Source: a virus
DNA: 64,000 bases
Virus record (IMG/VR): IMGVR_UViG_3300005573_000057
Location: 32,001 to 96,000 of that record
Direction: 5' to 3' (one strand)
Shown here: in pieces, positions 1-9,282 of the stretch
Layout of the letters: every line of letters begins with the position of its first letter
Numbering within the stretch: the first letter of the stretch is position 1
The notes under the pieces: model-generated
What the model was told of the DNA's origin: nothing
What the model saw: only the letters and a program-made list of their open reading frames with translations
Databases searched by the model: none
Program-made: the position numbers and the translations under genes

Positions 1-2172
1 TGGCCTACGGAACCCCGAAGTGATCTGCATAGTAGGATACTTGGCATAGACCTTTTCCGTGACGTTGTTGGCGTGCTGAACAATGTTGGTTGCTATCTGA
101 GGCGGTGTCAGTCCAAACTGGTTGATCAATGGCCTTGATCCATTCTTAGTGTAGGTTCCCATTGTGAAATTCGGGCTAATCTGCAAGGACGGCGGATATG
201 TCTTCATTCCAGAAATCTTGGAACAATCAATTACAGTTCCTTTGATTGTGCTTGTTGGTGTTGCTGCTGGAGCTACAGTGATTTTATCAGTCTGTAAGAC
301 AGACTTTCCGACATTTCCCATAGCCACCTGATTCTGGACAAATGCAGTCGAATCTCCCGAGTCGGGTTCATCATAGTTCTGCATCACAGTTGACGATGCA
401 GTTGGGGTGTACAATGGATCAAAAGTTGGTACTGGATTGGACGCCGTTGCCAGAGTCCCTAGAACACTGTTGAACGAACTTGTACCGCTTTGTGTGTACA
501 TTGCCGCACCATCCTCATTGATTGTTCCCCCAGCAACAACGTTCATGTTACCGGATGCCTTGGTGTCAAAGTCTCCACCATAAGCTTCCATTGAAATAGA
601 TTGTGCTTTCAGAGCGAAAGATCCTTGCACATTTTGTGTCATGTTGCCTTGACATTCGAGATTGACATTTCCGGCAACATACAGATTCAGAGAATTTTTG
701 ATGTAGACTGATTGGCTACCGTCGATTGTGACTGATGCGTTACCCTTGATGTAAAGAAATCCATTGCGTTCAAGAATTTCGTAATTGTCTCCAATGATGC
801 GTGTGACCAAAGTTCCATTGCAGTCAATTTCCCGAAAGGTTCCCGAACGATGGTATTCATGAATGCGTTCACTGTGAGGGGTATCGTCGTACTCGATCAC
901 GTGGCCCGATTCTGTGGCATATACCTTGTTGAACGGATATTGAGCATTGTATGGCGTGTGTGGTTGATCCCATGTTGCAAGACCGTGTGGATCTGCCGGG
1001 ATGCCAGTGATTCTCGTATTGTTCTTTTTGAATACAATCGTTGAACCAAGTTGCTCTGCTCTGGCTAGTCTGTTAGTGTCTGGTTCATTGTAATAGGCAG
1101 GCCATTTTCCATCTGGATCAACAAATCCTTGTGATTGTGACGTATAAGCTGATTGTTGGCTTGTAGAATTACTGACACCAGGAACAAAAGGTGCTACAGT
1201 GGCATTAGAAGGGGCAGGAACGGCCCCGGAAGATGCTGGTGTCACTGTGCCCGTGGATGAATCTGGAACCCCACCAGACAAGAAATAAGACTGTTCCTTG
1301 CTTCGACGATTAAAGAGACCATTGATTGTGACCAAAGCGCCATTCACATGCCCCTTATCCCAATCGAGGAAGTGTTCTGCTGCTTCGTGATACTTGGCAC
1401 TGTCCAAAACTGATTTCAGTGTCGAACCGCTAAATGCTCCTGAACCGATGTTGTAAGCTAAGGAACAACAAGCATCGAACATCTGTTGCGTTAGCGGTGC
1501 CTGAATAGTTTGGACGATTGGAACAGTATTCGATTGTAAAAATTCCGTGAATGCTGCTGTAGCTTGAGATTGTGTGATGACTTGATTGGCAACAACTGGA
1601 GAACCATTGATCGAAGTTGAACCGTACCCGATTGTCCATACTCCTACGGAATCCTGATAGGAAGTAAGACGCAAGGATTCAAAGCCTTGGATCAAACTAA
1701 CCCCGGCTTCCGAAATTGTCATGGCCGATGGACTACTGACCCCCAATGTTGGCAGGGTGCTTGCACTAGATGGAACAGGCGGTGTGAAAGCTGGTGGCGA
1801 TGATGGTGGTAAGGGGTTGACAGGGGTTGGGGCTTGACCATCCGACAAAACATTGATGTTATTATTCCCAATGGTCTGAAATTGATCGCTTTGTGGAATT
1901 CCCCCAATCGTTCCGAGAACAATAGGGTATTGTTGGAATGGATCAGCGAACACAACCAAAACAGTCGAACCTTGTAAGACACCTGTTGGACTGCTTCCAA
2001 TCCCATTCAAGGATGCATCACTGATTCCAGCCACGACAACAGCCCAAGGCAAGTCTGCTGTTGGTAATTCGTTTTTGTCGGCAGTGTGGAGGCCATGAAT
2101 TCTGACCTGAACGCGACCATCCTTTAATGGATCATTTCTGTTTTCGACAATTCCAGTAAAGTACGTTTGCAT
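1..2172 (-). CDS. gp5: Baseplate hub/spike protein with internal lysozyme domain and probable C-terminal peptidase M15 domain; runs off the left edge
   Basis: Hand translation from ATG 2172: MQTYFTGIVENRNDPLKDGRVQVRIHGLHT (gp5 N-terminus); GFESLRLTSYQDSVGVWTIGYG lysozyme motif near 1620-1690; MQITSGFR at the window edge. Absent from the ORF track because the stop lies outside the window. Confidence 0.88.
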   Translation of the reverse strand, partial: MQTYFTGIVENRNDPLKDGRVQVRIHGLHTADKNELPTADLPWAVVVAGISDASLNGIGSSPTGVLQGSTVLVVFADPFQQYPIVLGTIGGIPQSDQFQTIGNNNINVLSDGQAPTPVNPLPPSSPPAFTPPVPSSASTLPTLGVSSPSAMTISEAGVSLIQGFESLRLTSYQDSVGVWTIGYGSTSINGSPVVANQVITQSQATAAFTEFLQSNTVPIVQTIQAPLTQQMFDACCSLAYNIGSGAFSGSTLKSVLDSAKYHEAAEHFLDWDKGHVNGALVTINGLFNRRSKEQSYFLSGGVPDSSTGTVTPASSGAVPAPSNATVAPFVPGVSNSTSQQSAYTSQSQGFVDPDGKWPAYYNEPDTNRLARAEQLGSTIVFKKNNTRITGIPADPHGLATWDQPHTPYNAQYPFNKVYATESGHVIEYDDTPHSERIHEYHRSGTFREIDCNGTLVTRIIGDNYEILERNGFLYIKGNASVTIDGSQSVYIKNSLNLYVAGNVNLECQGNMTQNVQGSFALKAQSISMEAYGGDFDTKASGNMNVVAGGTINEDGAAMYTQSGTSSFNSVLGTLATASNPVPTFDPLYTPTASSTVMQNYDEPDSGDSTAFVQNQVAMGNVGKSVLQTDKITVAPAATPTSTIKGTVIDCSKISGMKTYPPSLQISPNFTMGTYTKNGSRPLINQFGLTPPQIATNIVQHANNVTEKVYAKYPTMQITSGFRRP

Positions 2173-2173
2173 T

Positions 2174-3421
2174 TTAGCAGTCTCGGGATAGTTCTATGAT
2201 GCATTCATGCTTGTTAACCGTGATGAAATGCTCAATTGCTGTTACAATATAAGTTCCACTGACTTCGGTATCCAAAATTTCTTTCGTGGTATGATCCGTG
2301 GGTTTGTTCGCATATTTATAGACATTCATCAACTGTCCAACTGTGTAGTCTGTACGGCCATACATGACAACCTTGATCCGATTGCTGGTCAACTGCTTCA
2401 ACAAGCTTTGCCGATGTTGCATTGCTGCAATTTCAGTCACATCCCCCCATCCGGTAAACGAACCGTAGTCTCGTGTCATGTTCCATATCTTTGCTTCATT
2501 GCTGACAACAAGATTAGGCCCAAACAACGGATCACGGTTCAAATGTGAAGTTTTCGCAAAGGAACTTGGATAGTCGAACTTGACAGTTTGGTAGTTCTTC
2601 CTGAGCAAGTCATAGCTGAACAGGGTGCTTCCCAATGCCCCACTTTCCAACATACCCAGGTAGTCATAGCTCGTTCCAGAAAACCCCCATTGCAAAGCGC
2701 GTGAATACTCTGCATTCATGTCACGGTTGACTGACGCCACATCCCGCGTGTAGTGGTCAATGAATACGTTTTGATAGGGAGATTGACGATACAACAACGA
2801 TAGGCTCTTGAAATTCAAACCATAGCGATCCTGATAGAATAGATAGCTGGGTGCGTTGTCCTTTTGGGATTTTGCTCGTTCGGCAAGAAATTTAATATTC
2901 TTGAGAGGCGACCAATAATTGCTGACGTACTTGATACTGTTAGATGTTGGTTCAATGGCGAACGGCAATTCGGATGCAAGGAATCTTTCATCTGATATTA
3001 AGGATTCAATCAGGCTGTCAATTTTCCCGGAGAATGCTCGGGATAGGGCTTTGTTGGCACTGACAATTACATCCCGAGTACAAAAGCCCAGAGTATAACT
3101 TTCCGACTTATCACTATCTTGAGTCCGTTCGCCAAGATTGTAGACATAGAATAAGCCTTCGATAGCTTGGAGTTTATCCATTGTAGGTGTAATGATGGAC
3201 AACTCCAAGACTTCGCTTCCCTGCAAAGGCAACACATTGGTCAAAGCCAATGCATCTGAAATAATAATCTTTCCTGTTGTGTAACCATACAAATCTTCGA
3301 AAATCTGGATTCCATTCACAACATTGAGCAAGTTCACCACGGTTCCGGTGGAACTCGTGATGGACAAGGTGTTGATGGAAACCTGACCGGGGAATGCAAG
3401 TTTGTCGATGTTTTGGGCCAT
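2174..3421 (-). CDS. Baseplate hub protein (gp27-like)
   Basis: About 415 aa between gp53 and gp5; IQIFEDL...TGKIIISD, YLFYQDRYGLNFKSL and SGTYIVTAIEHFI motifs of hub proteins. Confidence 0.7.
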   Translation of the reverse strand: MAQNIDKLAFPGQVSINTLSITSSTGTVVNLLNVVNGIQIFEDLYGYTTGKIIISDALALTNVLPLQGSEVLELSIITPTMDKLQAIEGLFYVYNLGERTQDSDKSESYTLGFCTRDVIVSANKALSRAFSGKIDSLIESLISDERFLASELPFAIEPTSNSIKYVSNYWSPLKNIKFLAERAKSQKDNAPSYLFYQDRYGLNFKSLSLLYRQSPYQNVFIDHYTRDVASVNRDMNAEYSRALQWGFSGTSYDYLGMLESGALGSTLFSYDLLRKNYQTVKFDYPSSFAKTSHLNRDPLFGPNLVVSNEAKIWNMTRDYGSFTGWGDVTEIAAMQHRQSLLKQLTSNRIKVVMYGRTDYTVGQLMNVYKYANKPTDHTTKEILDTEVSGTYIVTAIEHFITVNKHECIIELSRDC

Positions 3422-3425
3422 AATA

Positions 3426-3950
3426 TCAATTCGATAGCAAAGTAACCATCTGCTTCTTGATTGTTGGCAAGTAGATAGGATCAATCAAGACGATCTGACG
3501 CTTTGCGTCATTGACATTCATTTCATAGGTATAGTTGTCCACTGGCAACGCACCGGGATAAGTGGAGTCAACAATCAAACTTCCATCCGGTGTGGTATAA
3601 TGATGGGTTGCGTATTGATTGCCTGCACCATATTTCTGAATGACATAGGCGTTGACCTGACTAAGTGACATAGGCCAATCCAAGGTGTAGTCAAAGATGT
3701 TATTGGCAATCATGATCAGAAAATCATAGTAGGGAGACCCATAGTACAATTCCGAAACAATCCAAGGTGTCTGACCATCCTTGATTTCATAAGGAAGGTA
3801 TGTTCCTAGTCCTTGAATCATGTCAATCGTTGGCCGGAGATTTGCCGTAATATCCGTCATGACTAAAGGAACAAATTGACCACTATCCGCATCATAAAAC
3901 GGATAGTAGAACGTACCGAAATTTGAGAAATATTCTGTTGCCATGATCAA
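3426..3950 (-). CDS. gp53: Baseplate wedge subunit
   Basis: YFSNF...YEIKDGQTPWIVSELYYGSPYYDFLIMIANNI..DWP and YEMNVNDAKRQI motifs. Confidence 0.88.
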   Translation of the reverse strand: MIMATEYFSNFGTFYYPFYDADSGQFVPLVMTDITANLRPTIDMIQGLGTYLPYEIKDGQTPWIVSELYYGSPYYDFLIMIANNIFDYTLDWPMSLSQVNAYVIQKYGAGNQYATHHYTTPDGSLIVDSTYPGALPVDNYTYEMNVNDAKRQIVLIDPIYLPTIKKQMVTLLSN

Positions 3951-5086
3951 TACCCTTGTTGAATGACTTCTTTGGACATAAGGCCAAGTTCTGTAAATTC
4001 GACTTGCATATCAATGCGTGGAATGTCGCCATTGGCAATTTGCTTCCAAACTCTGTCTGGAGTAAAATTGATGGATACATTCGTCAAGGCACATGTTCCA
4101 ATTCTAGGGATGTTGGTATTTTCGTTAGGCCCCATGAAGAATCGAATATCGAACTCGGAAGGATACAGATACAGAAATTCTCCTGGAGAAACAAACTCTG
4201 GCATCATGTGGAATCTCAAAAGATACAAGATGTTCAGAACTTCTTGAAATTCTGCTGCATTCCTCGGGCCAAATTCGAAATTGAATGTAAAGACCCGGAA
4301 ATTGACCCCATGAAAGACTTTCTCCATTCTTGGGTTAACTGCGAGACCCGTCATGTTGCTCAATGCTGGGCTTGCCTTCAATGCTGCCATTGCCGTAATT
4401 TGGTTCACAGCATTTCCAGTTGTGCTACCTGATTGACCATTCGTGGCTGCATTCCCGACTGCATCGTAAACCACTTTAGCAATTTGACCTACACCCGAAG
4501 CTTTACCATGACTTTTTTCGTAAGATTCGGCTTGGCTCACTGCGTTGGCCGCTGCCCCGAATGCCGTGGTTTCGGCGTCCCCCCAGCTTGTCTTATAGTC
4601 AAATCCTACTTGGTTCGGCATGTACAAAACAATTTCTTGGGCAATTCTGGATGTTGCGCGTGTTGTGGATGGTGCGACGGCTGTTGCCAATCGTGCTCCC
4701 ACTCCCTCGGTAACTGCGCCCCCTGCTGAGCCTGTGGCTACGGCTTTGATTCCACTGCCCTTGAGCAAGCCTAGAACGCTCCCTGCGCCCCCAGCAATGA
4801 CGCCCCCTACCCCACCCTCTAGTGCTGCTGCTCCATCGGTTGCATTCTTGCTCAGTCCAAGGCCAACCAAAGTTCCCCGATTCGGTGTAATGTTAGCTTG
4901 TGTAGTACCATAGGAAGATTCAAACTTGCTGCCAACTAACTGATTGATACGGATCACCATGTACGGTTGGTTGTCCATGTTCAATTCTTGCGGATACTTG
5001 GTCTGGGAATAGTCGTATTTGCTATTTGGGCCTGCGGTTTGGGAAATGTTCAATTGCCCGGTATTTGTTGTTGGTACGGATGCCAT
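3947..5086 (-). CDS. gp48: Baseplate tail tube cap
   Basis: LYMP, NPRMEKVFHGVNFRVFTFNFEFGPRN..E, YPSEFDI and CALTNVSINFTP motifs. Confidence 0.85.
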   Translation of the reverse strand: MASVPTTNTGQLNISQTAGPNSKYDYSQTKYPQELNMDNQPYMVIRINQLVGSKFESSYGTTQANITPNRGTLVGLGLSKNATDGAAALEGGVGGVIAGGAGSVLGLLKGSGIKAVATGSAGGAVTEGVGARLATAVAPSTTRATSRIAQEIVLYMPNQVGFDYKTSWGDAETTAFGAAANAVSQAESYEKSHGKASGVGQIAKVVYDAVGNAATNGQSGSTTGNAVNQITAMAALKASPALSNMTGLAVNPRMEKVFHGVNFRVFTFNFEFGPRNAAEFQEVLNILYLLRFHMMPEFVSPGEFLYLYPSEFDIRFFMGPNENTNIPRIGTCALTNVSINFTPDRVWKQIANGDIPRIDMQVEFTELGLMSKEVIQQGY

Positions 5087-5126
5087 GTGTCTCGACTTTC
5101 GGTTGTCTTTCTGTTATAATTTCAAA

Positions 5127-6188
5127 ATGCTAAGTGATTTCGACGAACTACTGATAGAACTACCGCTGGTGAATGCGTTGTCTGTGCGAACTGCAAATTT
5201 TGCGCAAAAACGTAGTCGCTTGTGGAATTTCTCATGCCCCTATCCCGACTGTGGTGACAATGCAACACGTAAAGATCGGGCACGTGGATATATTTTTGAG
5301 TACAAACATCGTTTGCAATACAAATGTCATAATTGTGGCCGATCTTCCCTATTTTCTACACTGCTCAAAGACCAATTCCCGGATATTTATCAAGAATTGA
5401 AAATCCAGCGATACAGGGAAAAACGAAATTCGGCTCCTATACAGTATTTAGACGAAACGAAAGAAGCCGACCCACCAAAACAAACGATTGTCGAACCCCC
5501 TTGGGTTTCGATTGCAGACCTTGATGCACATCATCCGGCCTATCAATACGTCTTAAATCGCAAGATTCCTCGGTCACGCTGGACAGACCTCTACTATGTT
5601 GAAAAATATGGTGAATTTGTCCGACAGATGGGCCAAAAGAACTCACGCTTAGGAAACGATCCAAGAATTGTGTTGCCTTATCGTAGCAAAGATGGTAAAC
5701 TCATAGGTTTCAGTGGGCGTTCGATGGATCTAGTTGACAATCGGTATAAATATTTGTCTGTCAAACTTGACGATGATGCGGAAATGGTTTATAGATTGAA
5801 CGAATTGTCAACCAATCGACCATTCATTGTTGTGGAAGGCCCTATAGACAGCTTATTCCTAGAGAATGCGATTGCCGTGTCGGGTGCAAAACTTGATGCC
5901 CCAAGTGTTGTCAAGGAAAATAGTCGAAGGGCTATCCTTGTTGCTGACAATGAACCCAGATCAAAGATCATTGTCAAGAACATTGCGCGATACATTGATG
6001 AAGGATATAAAGTTTTCTTGTGGCCTCCTAGTTGGAAATACAAGGATATTAACAAGGCAGTTCAAGAAGGTGTGGAAGCCGAATCCATTGAACGGATGAT
6101 TCTGGATGGTTCGGCAAGTGGAATGAAAGCAAGAGCAAATCTTGCATTTTGGCGTCAAGACATAGACATAAGGAAAAATCATGAGTAG
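5127..6188 (+). CDS. gp61: DNA primase
   Basis: Zn finger CPYPDCGD...RGY...YKCHNCG; TOPRIM VEGPIDSLF, DNEPR, KDIN; ATG 5127 lies 6 nt after TGTTATAAT. Confidence 0.93.
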   Translation: MLSDFDELLIELPLVNALSVRTANFAQKRSRLWNFSCPYPDCGDNATRKDRARGYIFEYKHRLQYKCHNCGRSSLFSTLLKDQFPDIYQELKIQRYREKRNSAPIQYLDETKEADPPKQTIVEPPWVSIADLDAHHPAYQYVLNRKIPRSRWTDLYYVEKYGEFVRQMGQKNSRLGNDPRIVLPYRSKDGKLIGFSGRSMDLVDNRYKYLSVKLDDDAEMVYRLNELSTNRPFIVVEGPIDSLFLENAIAVSGAKLDAPSVVKENSRRAILVADNEPRSKIIVKNIARYIDEGYKVFLWPPSWKYKDINKAVQEGVEAESIERMILDGSASGMKARANLAFWRQDIDIRKNHE

Positions 6189-6762
6189 TGGACGAATCAA
6201 TCTCCTGAAATACAACATCGTTGGAATTAGTGGCCCCATTGGATCTGGAAAGGATACTGTGGCGAACTGGATTGCTCGAAACAGCCATCAACAATACAAC
6301 ATTGTATCCTTTGCAACACCACTGAGGGATGCTGCCAAGGCGATGTTTGGCTGGTCTGATTTCCAGTTACAAGATCGGGTTGCCAAGGAACAAGTTGACC
6401 CATTCTGGGGATTCTCCCCTCGAACCGCCTTGCAACTGCTTGGAACTGAATACGGCAGGCAAAAGTTGCGGGATGATGTGTGGATTCTTGCTGCAAAGCG
6501 TAAAGTTGATCAGAATCATAGTGTAGGCATTCATACAGTCATTCAGGATGTTCGATTTCAGAATGAGGATGAATTCGTTCGAAGTTACCCTAATCATCTA
6601 CGAATCTATATGGATTCTAATGAATCCCATCCTACCTCGACCCATGTATCCGAAGCGGGTGTCCCATTTCAAAGTGGAGACATTGTAATTTACAATGATA
6701 AGTCAAAAGGTCTTGTCGCTTTGGAAAATGTACTTAATACCCTATTCTCGTTTGGAGACTGA
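6181..6762 (+). CDS. gp1: Deoxynucleoside monophosphate kinase
   Basis: GISGPIGSGKDT P-loop, FATPLRD, SPRTALQLLGTEYGR, DVRFQNE. Confidence 0.9.
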   Translation: MSSGRINLLKYNIVGISGPIGSGKDTVANWIARNSHQQYNIVSFATPLRDAAKAMFGWSDFQLQDRVAKEQVDPFWGFSPRTALQLLGTEYGRQKLRDDVWILAAKRKVDQNHSVGIHTVIQDVRFQNEDEFVRSYPNHLRIYMDSNESHPTSTHVSEAGVPFQSGDIVIYNDKSKGLVALENVLNTLFSFGD

Positions 6763-6763
6763 A

Positions 6764-7438
6764 ATGAATACAGCCAAAATTGTTGCCTACAGCCAAGTTG
6801 CCCCGAATGCACTTGATGATCTTGAACTTCAAACTGTTCAGGAATTGATTGCCTATTTTGCTCGGGTGTCCAATCCATCCAACCAAAACAATGTTCAAAC
6901 ATCCGAAAAACTCATTACCTATCTGCTTAACCACAAACACTTTTCACCGTTCGAAATGGTGCATGCAACTCTTGAATTAAACACAACAAGAGATATTGCT
7001 AGACAAATTATTCGACACCGATCCTTTGCATTCCAAGAATTTTCTCAACGGTATGCCAATCCAGAAGCTCTTGGAACCGATTTGATTTTTCGAGAGGCAA
7101 GGATGCAAGACCCAAAGAACCGTCAAAATTCCATCGTTTGCACAGATCCAGAATTGGCCCAACAGTGGCTTCTGAAACAAGAAACAGTTCAGAATATTTG
7201 TAACGATGTGTACAATTGGGCAATTGAACGTGGGATTGCCAAGGAACAAGCCAGAGTTGTCCTCCCGGAAGGTTTGACAAAAAGCCGATTGCTCGTTGCT
7301 GGAAGCCTACGGTCATTCATTCATTACATTCAGGTTCGAACTGAGGAAGGAGTTCAGGCCGAACATCGGGAACTTGCTCGGGCGATTGCTGTAGAAATTG
7401 CAAAGATTTTCCCTCTAGCCATGAATTTTGTGCAATAA
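6764..7438 (+). CDS. thyX: Flavin-dependent thymidylate synthase
   Basis: HFSPFE and RHRSFAFQEFSQRY (RHRx7S motif), KEQARVVLP. Confidence 0.95.
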   Translation: MNTAKIVAYSQVAPNALDDLELQTVQELIAYFARVSNPSNQNNVQTSEKLITYLLNHKHFSPFEMVHATLELNTTRDIARQIIRHRSFAFQEFSQRYANPEALGTDLIFREARMQDPKNRQNSIVCTDPELAQQWLLKQETVQNICNDVYNWAIERGIAKEQARVVLPEGLTKSRLLVAGSLRSFIHYIQVRTEEGVQAEHRELARAIAVEIAKIFPLAMNFVQ

Positions 7439-7439
7439 A

Positions 7440-7831
7440 CAGAAAGCGCCGTAAATCCCCGTCTGTTTACGGATGGGATATAAGGCGTCCTCTTGACTTT
7501 TGAATAAAATTAGAGTACACTACCTACTAAAGATATGTTAACAGCCACCAAAATCCGCATTTACCCGAACCTTAGACAAGAGGAATCTCTTGCCAAGGCG
7601 TTTGGTTGTGCGCGGTGGTACTGGAACAACAGTCTCATTGAAACGGAAAAGACGTATCAAGAAACCGGCAAAGGTCTTGGTCAATTTGATTTGAACAAGC
7701 GCCTTCCCGAACTCAAGAAAGAATACGAATGGCTTGCCGAACCCTATGCTCAGGTACTTCAATCTGTAAGTCTAAACTTGTCTCGTGCCGTTGAAGCTGG
7801 AAGCCCTGCCCTTTAGGGCGGAACAATTCAC
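7440..7831 (+). mobile_element. Internally deleted IS605-type tnpB element (same family as the element at the right edge)
   Basis: Left-end hairpin region 7447-7488; TTGACT-N17-TACACT promoter; right end ctcgtgccgttgaagctggaagccctgccctttagggcggaacaattcac closely matches the reverse complement of 63806-63860. Confidence 0.8.
7535..7816 (+). pseudogene. tnpB: Truncated TnpB (N-terminal HTH joined to the extreme C-terminus; RuvC deleted)
   Basis: KIRIYPN..QEESLAKAFGCARWYWN...LPELKKEYEWL, then a jump to RAVEAGSPAL. Confidence 0.85.
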
Positions 7832-7847
7832 CCCAAAAGGAAAAATC

Positions 7848-8540
7848 ATGTTTACTCCTAAAGCAAAGAAAGAAAGTGAAGAATACTATGATGAAGAACA
7901 AGAACCTGCGGGATGTAAAGTCATTGAGTCGGGCACTCAAAAAGAATCTGTTGTCATTCTGCACGGCCCCATCACAACAGAAAACATTGCCGATGCCATT
8001 CAACAAATCATCGTTGCCAATTTGAGTGAACAAAAACGATTGCATCTTGTCATTATGTCAAGTGGTGGAAATCTGACAGCGGCTTTTGGTCTGATTGACG
8101 CAATCGTCGGAAGCACTATTCCTATCATCACCTATGGGATCGGGGAAGTGCTCAGTGCCGGTCTATTGATCTTCATGGCAGGCCACCATCGCGTTCTGAG
8201 TCGAAACACCACCGTCCTGTCTCACCAATTCAGCACAGGATCTGGCTGGAACAAGTTTCATGAAATGGAAGCTTTTGAACGTGGCTTGAAGATGACACAG
8301 AAGCAAGTGATCGAATTCTATATCAAGGCAACTCAATTGCCATTGCGTATTATCAAGGCCAAGCTCTTGTCCAGTAGCGATACGTGGTTGACAGCCGAAG
8401 AAGCCTTGAAGTATAATCTGGCAGATGAAGTTGTAGATGGTTTCTCCCTCTACACCTTGGGAAACGAACCTTCTGTGAGGGTAGAAATATCGGAACCACA
8501 ACTGTTACAGGAAGAAAATGAAAATAGCACTGGCGTCTGA
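7848..8540 (+). CDS. clpP: ClpP-like protease
   Basis: SSGG, VLSAG (Ser), LSHQ (His), DTWLTAEEALKYNLAD. Confidence 0.88.
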   Translation: MFTPKAKKESEEYYDEEQEPAGCKVIESGTQKESVVILHGPITTENIADAIQQIIVANLSEQKRLHLVIMSSGGNLTAAFGLIDAIVGSTIPIITYGIGEVLSAGLLIFMAGHHRVLSRNTTVLSHQFSTGSGWNKFHEMEAFERGLKMTQKQVIEFYIKATQLPLRIIKAKLLSSSDTWLTAEEALKYNLADEVVDGFSLYTLGNEPSVRVEISEPQLLQEENENSTGV

Positions 8541-9282
8541 TATTCATCTAGAGTTCGGAGATTACAAGATCGAAAACCTCGAAGGGGCAGATGTGTTGAT
8601 TCTGTCTGGTGATATTATGACTGATCCAATGATCGGGAATGATTTGACAACGAAATTCTTCAAACAATGTTCGGAAAAGTTCCCTCATGTTCTCTACATT
8701 GCTGGCAACCATGAATTTTACAATGGTCATTTGTTCAAGACTCGTGAAAAGATCAAGAATTTTGTCACTCAGTTCAAAAATGTAGAATTTCTTGACAACA
8801 CGCATTATTTTATCAATGATGTGTTGTTCTATGGCGGAACTCTCTGGACAAACTTTGACAATGAGAATCCCTTGGTCATGCATACAATAAGGTTTTCGAT
8901 GAATGACTACTACAAGATTTCAAACAACAATAGGAAATTCGCACCAGAAGATGCCTTGAATGAACATAAACTATTCTTGGCCGGGTTAAAAGATACCCTT
9001 GACAAATTCAAGGATCACAAAACCGTTGTGATTGGACACCACGCCCCCTCAAAGCTCAGTATCCATGCTCGTTACAGGGACTCTAAAACGAATGCTGCAT
9101 TTAGCTCAGATCTATCCGAGTTCATTCTATCCAATCCCCAGATCGTTCTTTGGACACATGGGCATACCCATGACCCATTCGACTACAAGATCGGGGAAAC
9201 CCGCATTGTAGCCAATCCTCGTGGGTATATCAATTATGAAAATATTGCCTATTGGTTCAGCTTGAAATTCATTGATGTTTGA
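8518..9282 (+). CDS. Calcineurin-like metallophosphoesterase
   Basis: SDIH, SGD, GNHE, HH, HGHTH motifs. Confidence 0.9.
   Translation: MKIALASDIHLEFGDYKIENLEGADVLILSGDIMTDPMIGNDLTTKFFKQCSEKFPHVLYIAGNHEFYNGHLFKTREKIKNFVTQFKNVEFLDNTHYFINDVLFYGGTLWTNFDNENPLVMHTIRFSMNDYYKISNNNRKFAPEDALNEHKLFLAGLKDTLDKFKDHKTVVIGHHAPSKLSIHARYRDSKTNAAFSSDLSEFILSNPQIVLWTHGHTHDPFDYKIGETRIVANPRGYINYENIAYWFSLKFIDV

Noticed and set aside
5744-5751. TATAAATA inside the primase gene as a T4 late promoter
   Set aside because: Internal to a CDS, more than 400 nt from the next start, and plausible by chance in AT-rich DNA.
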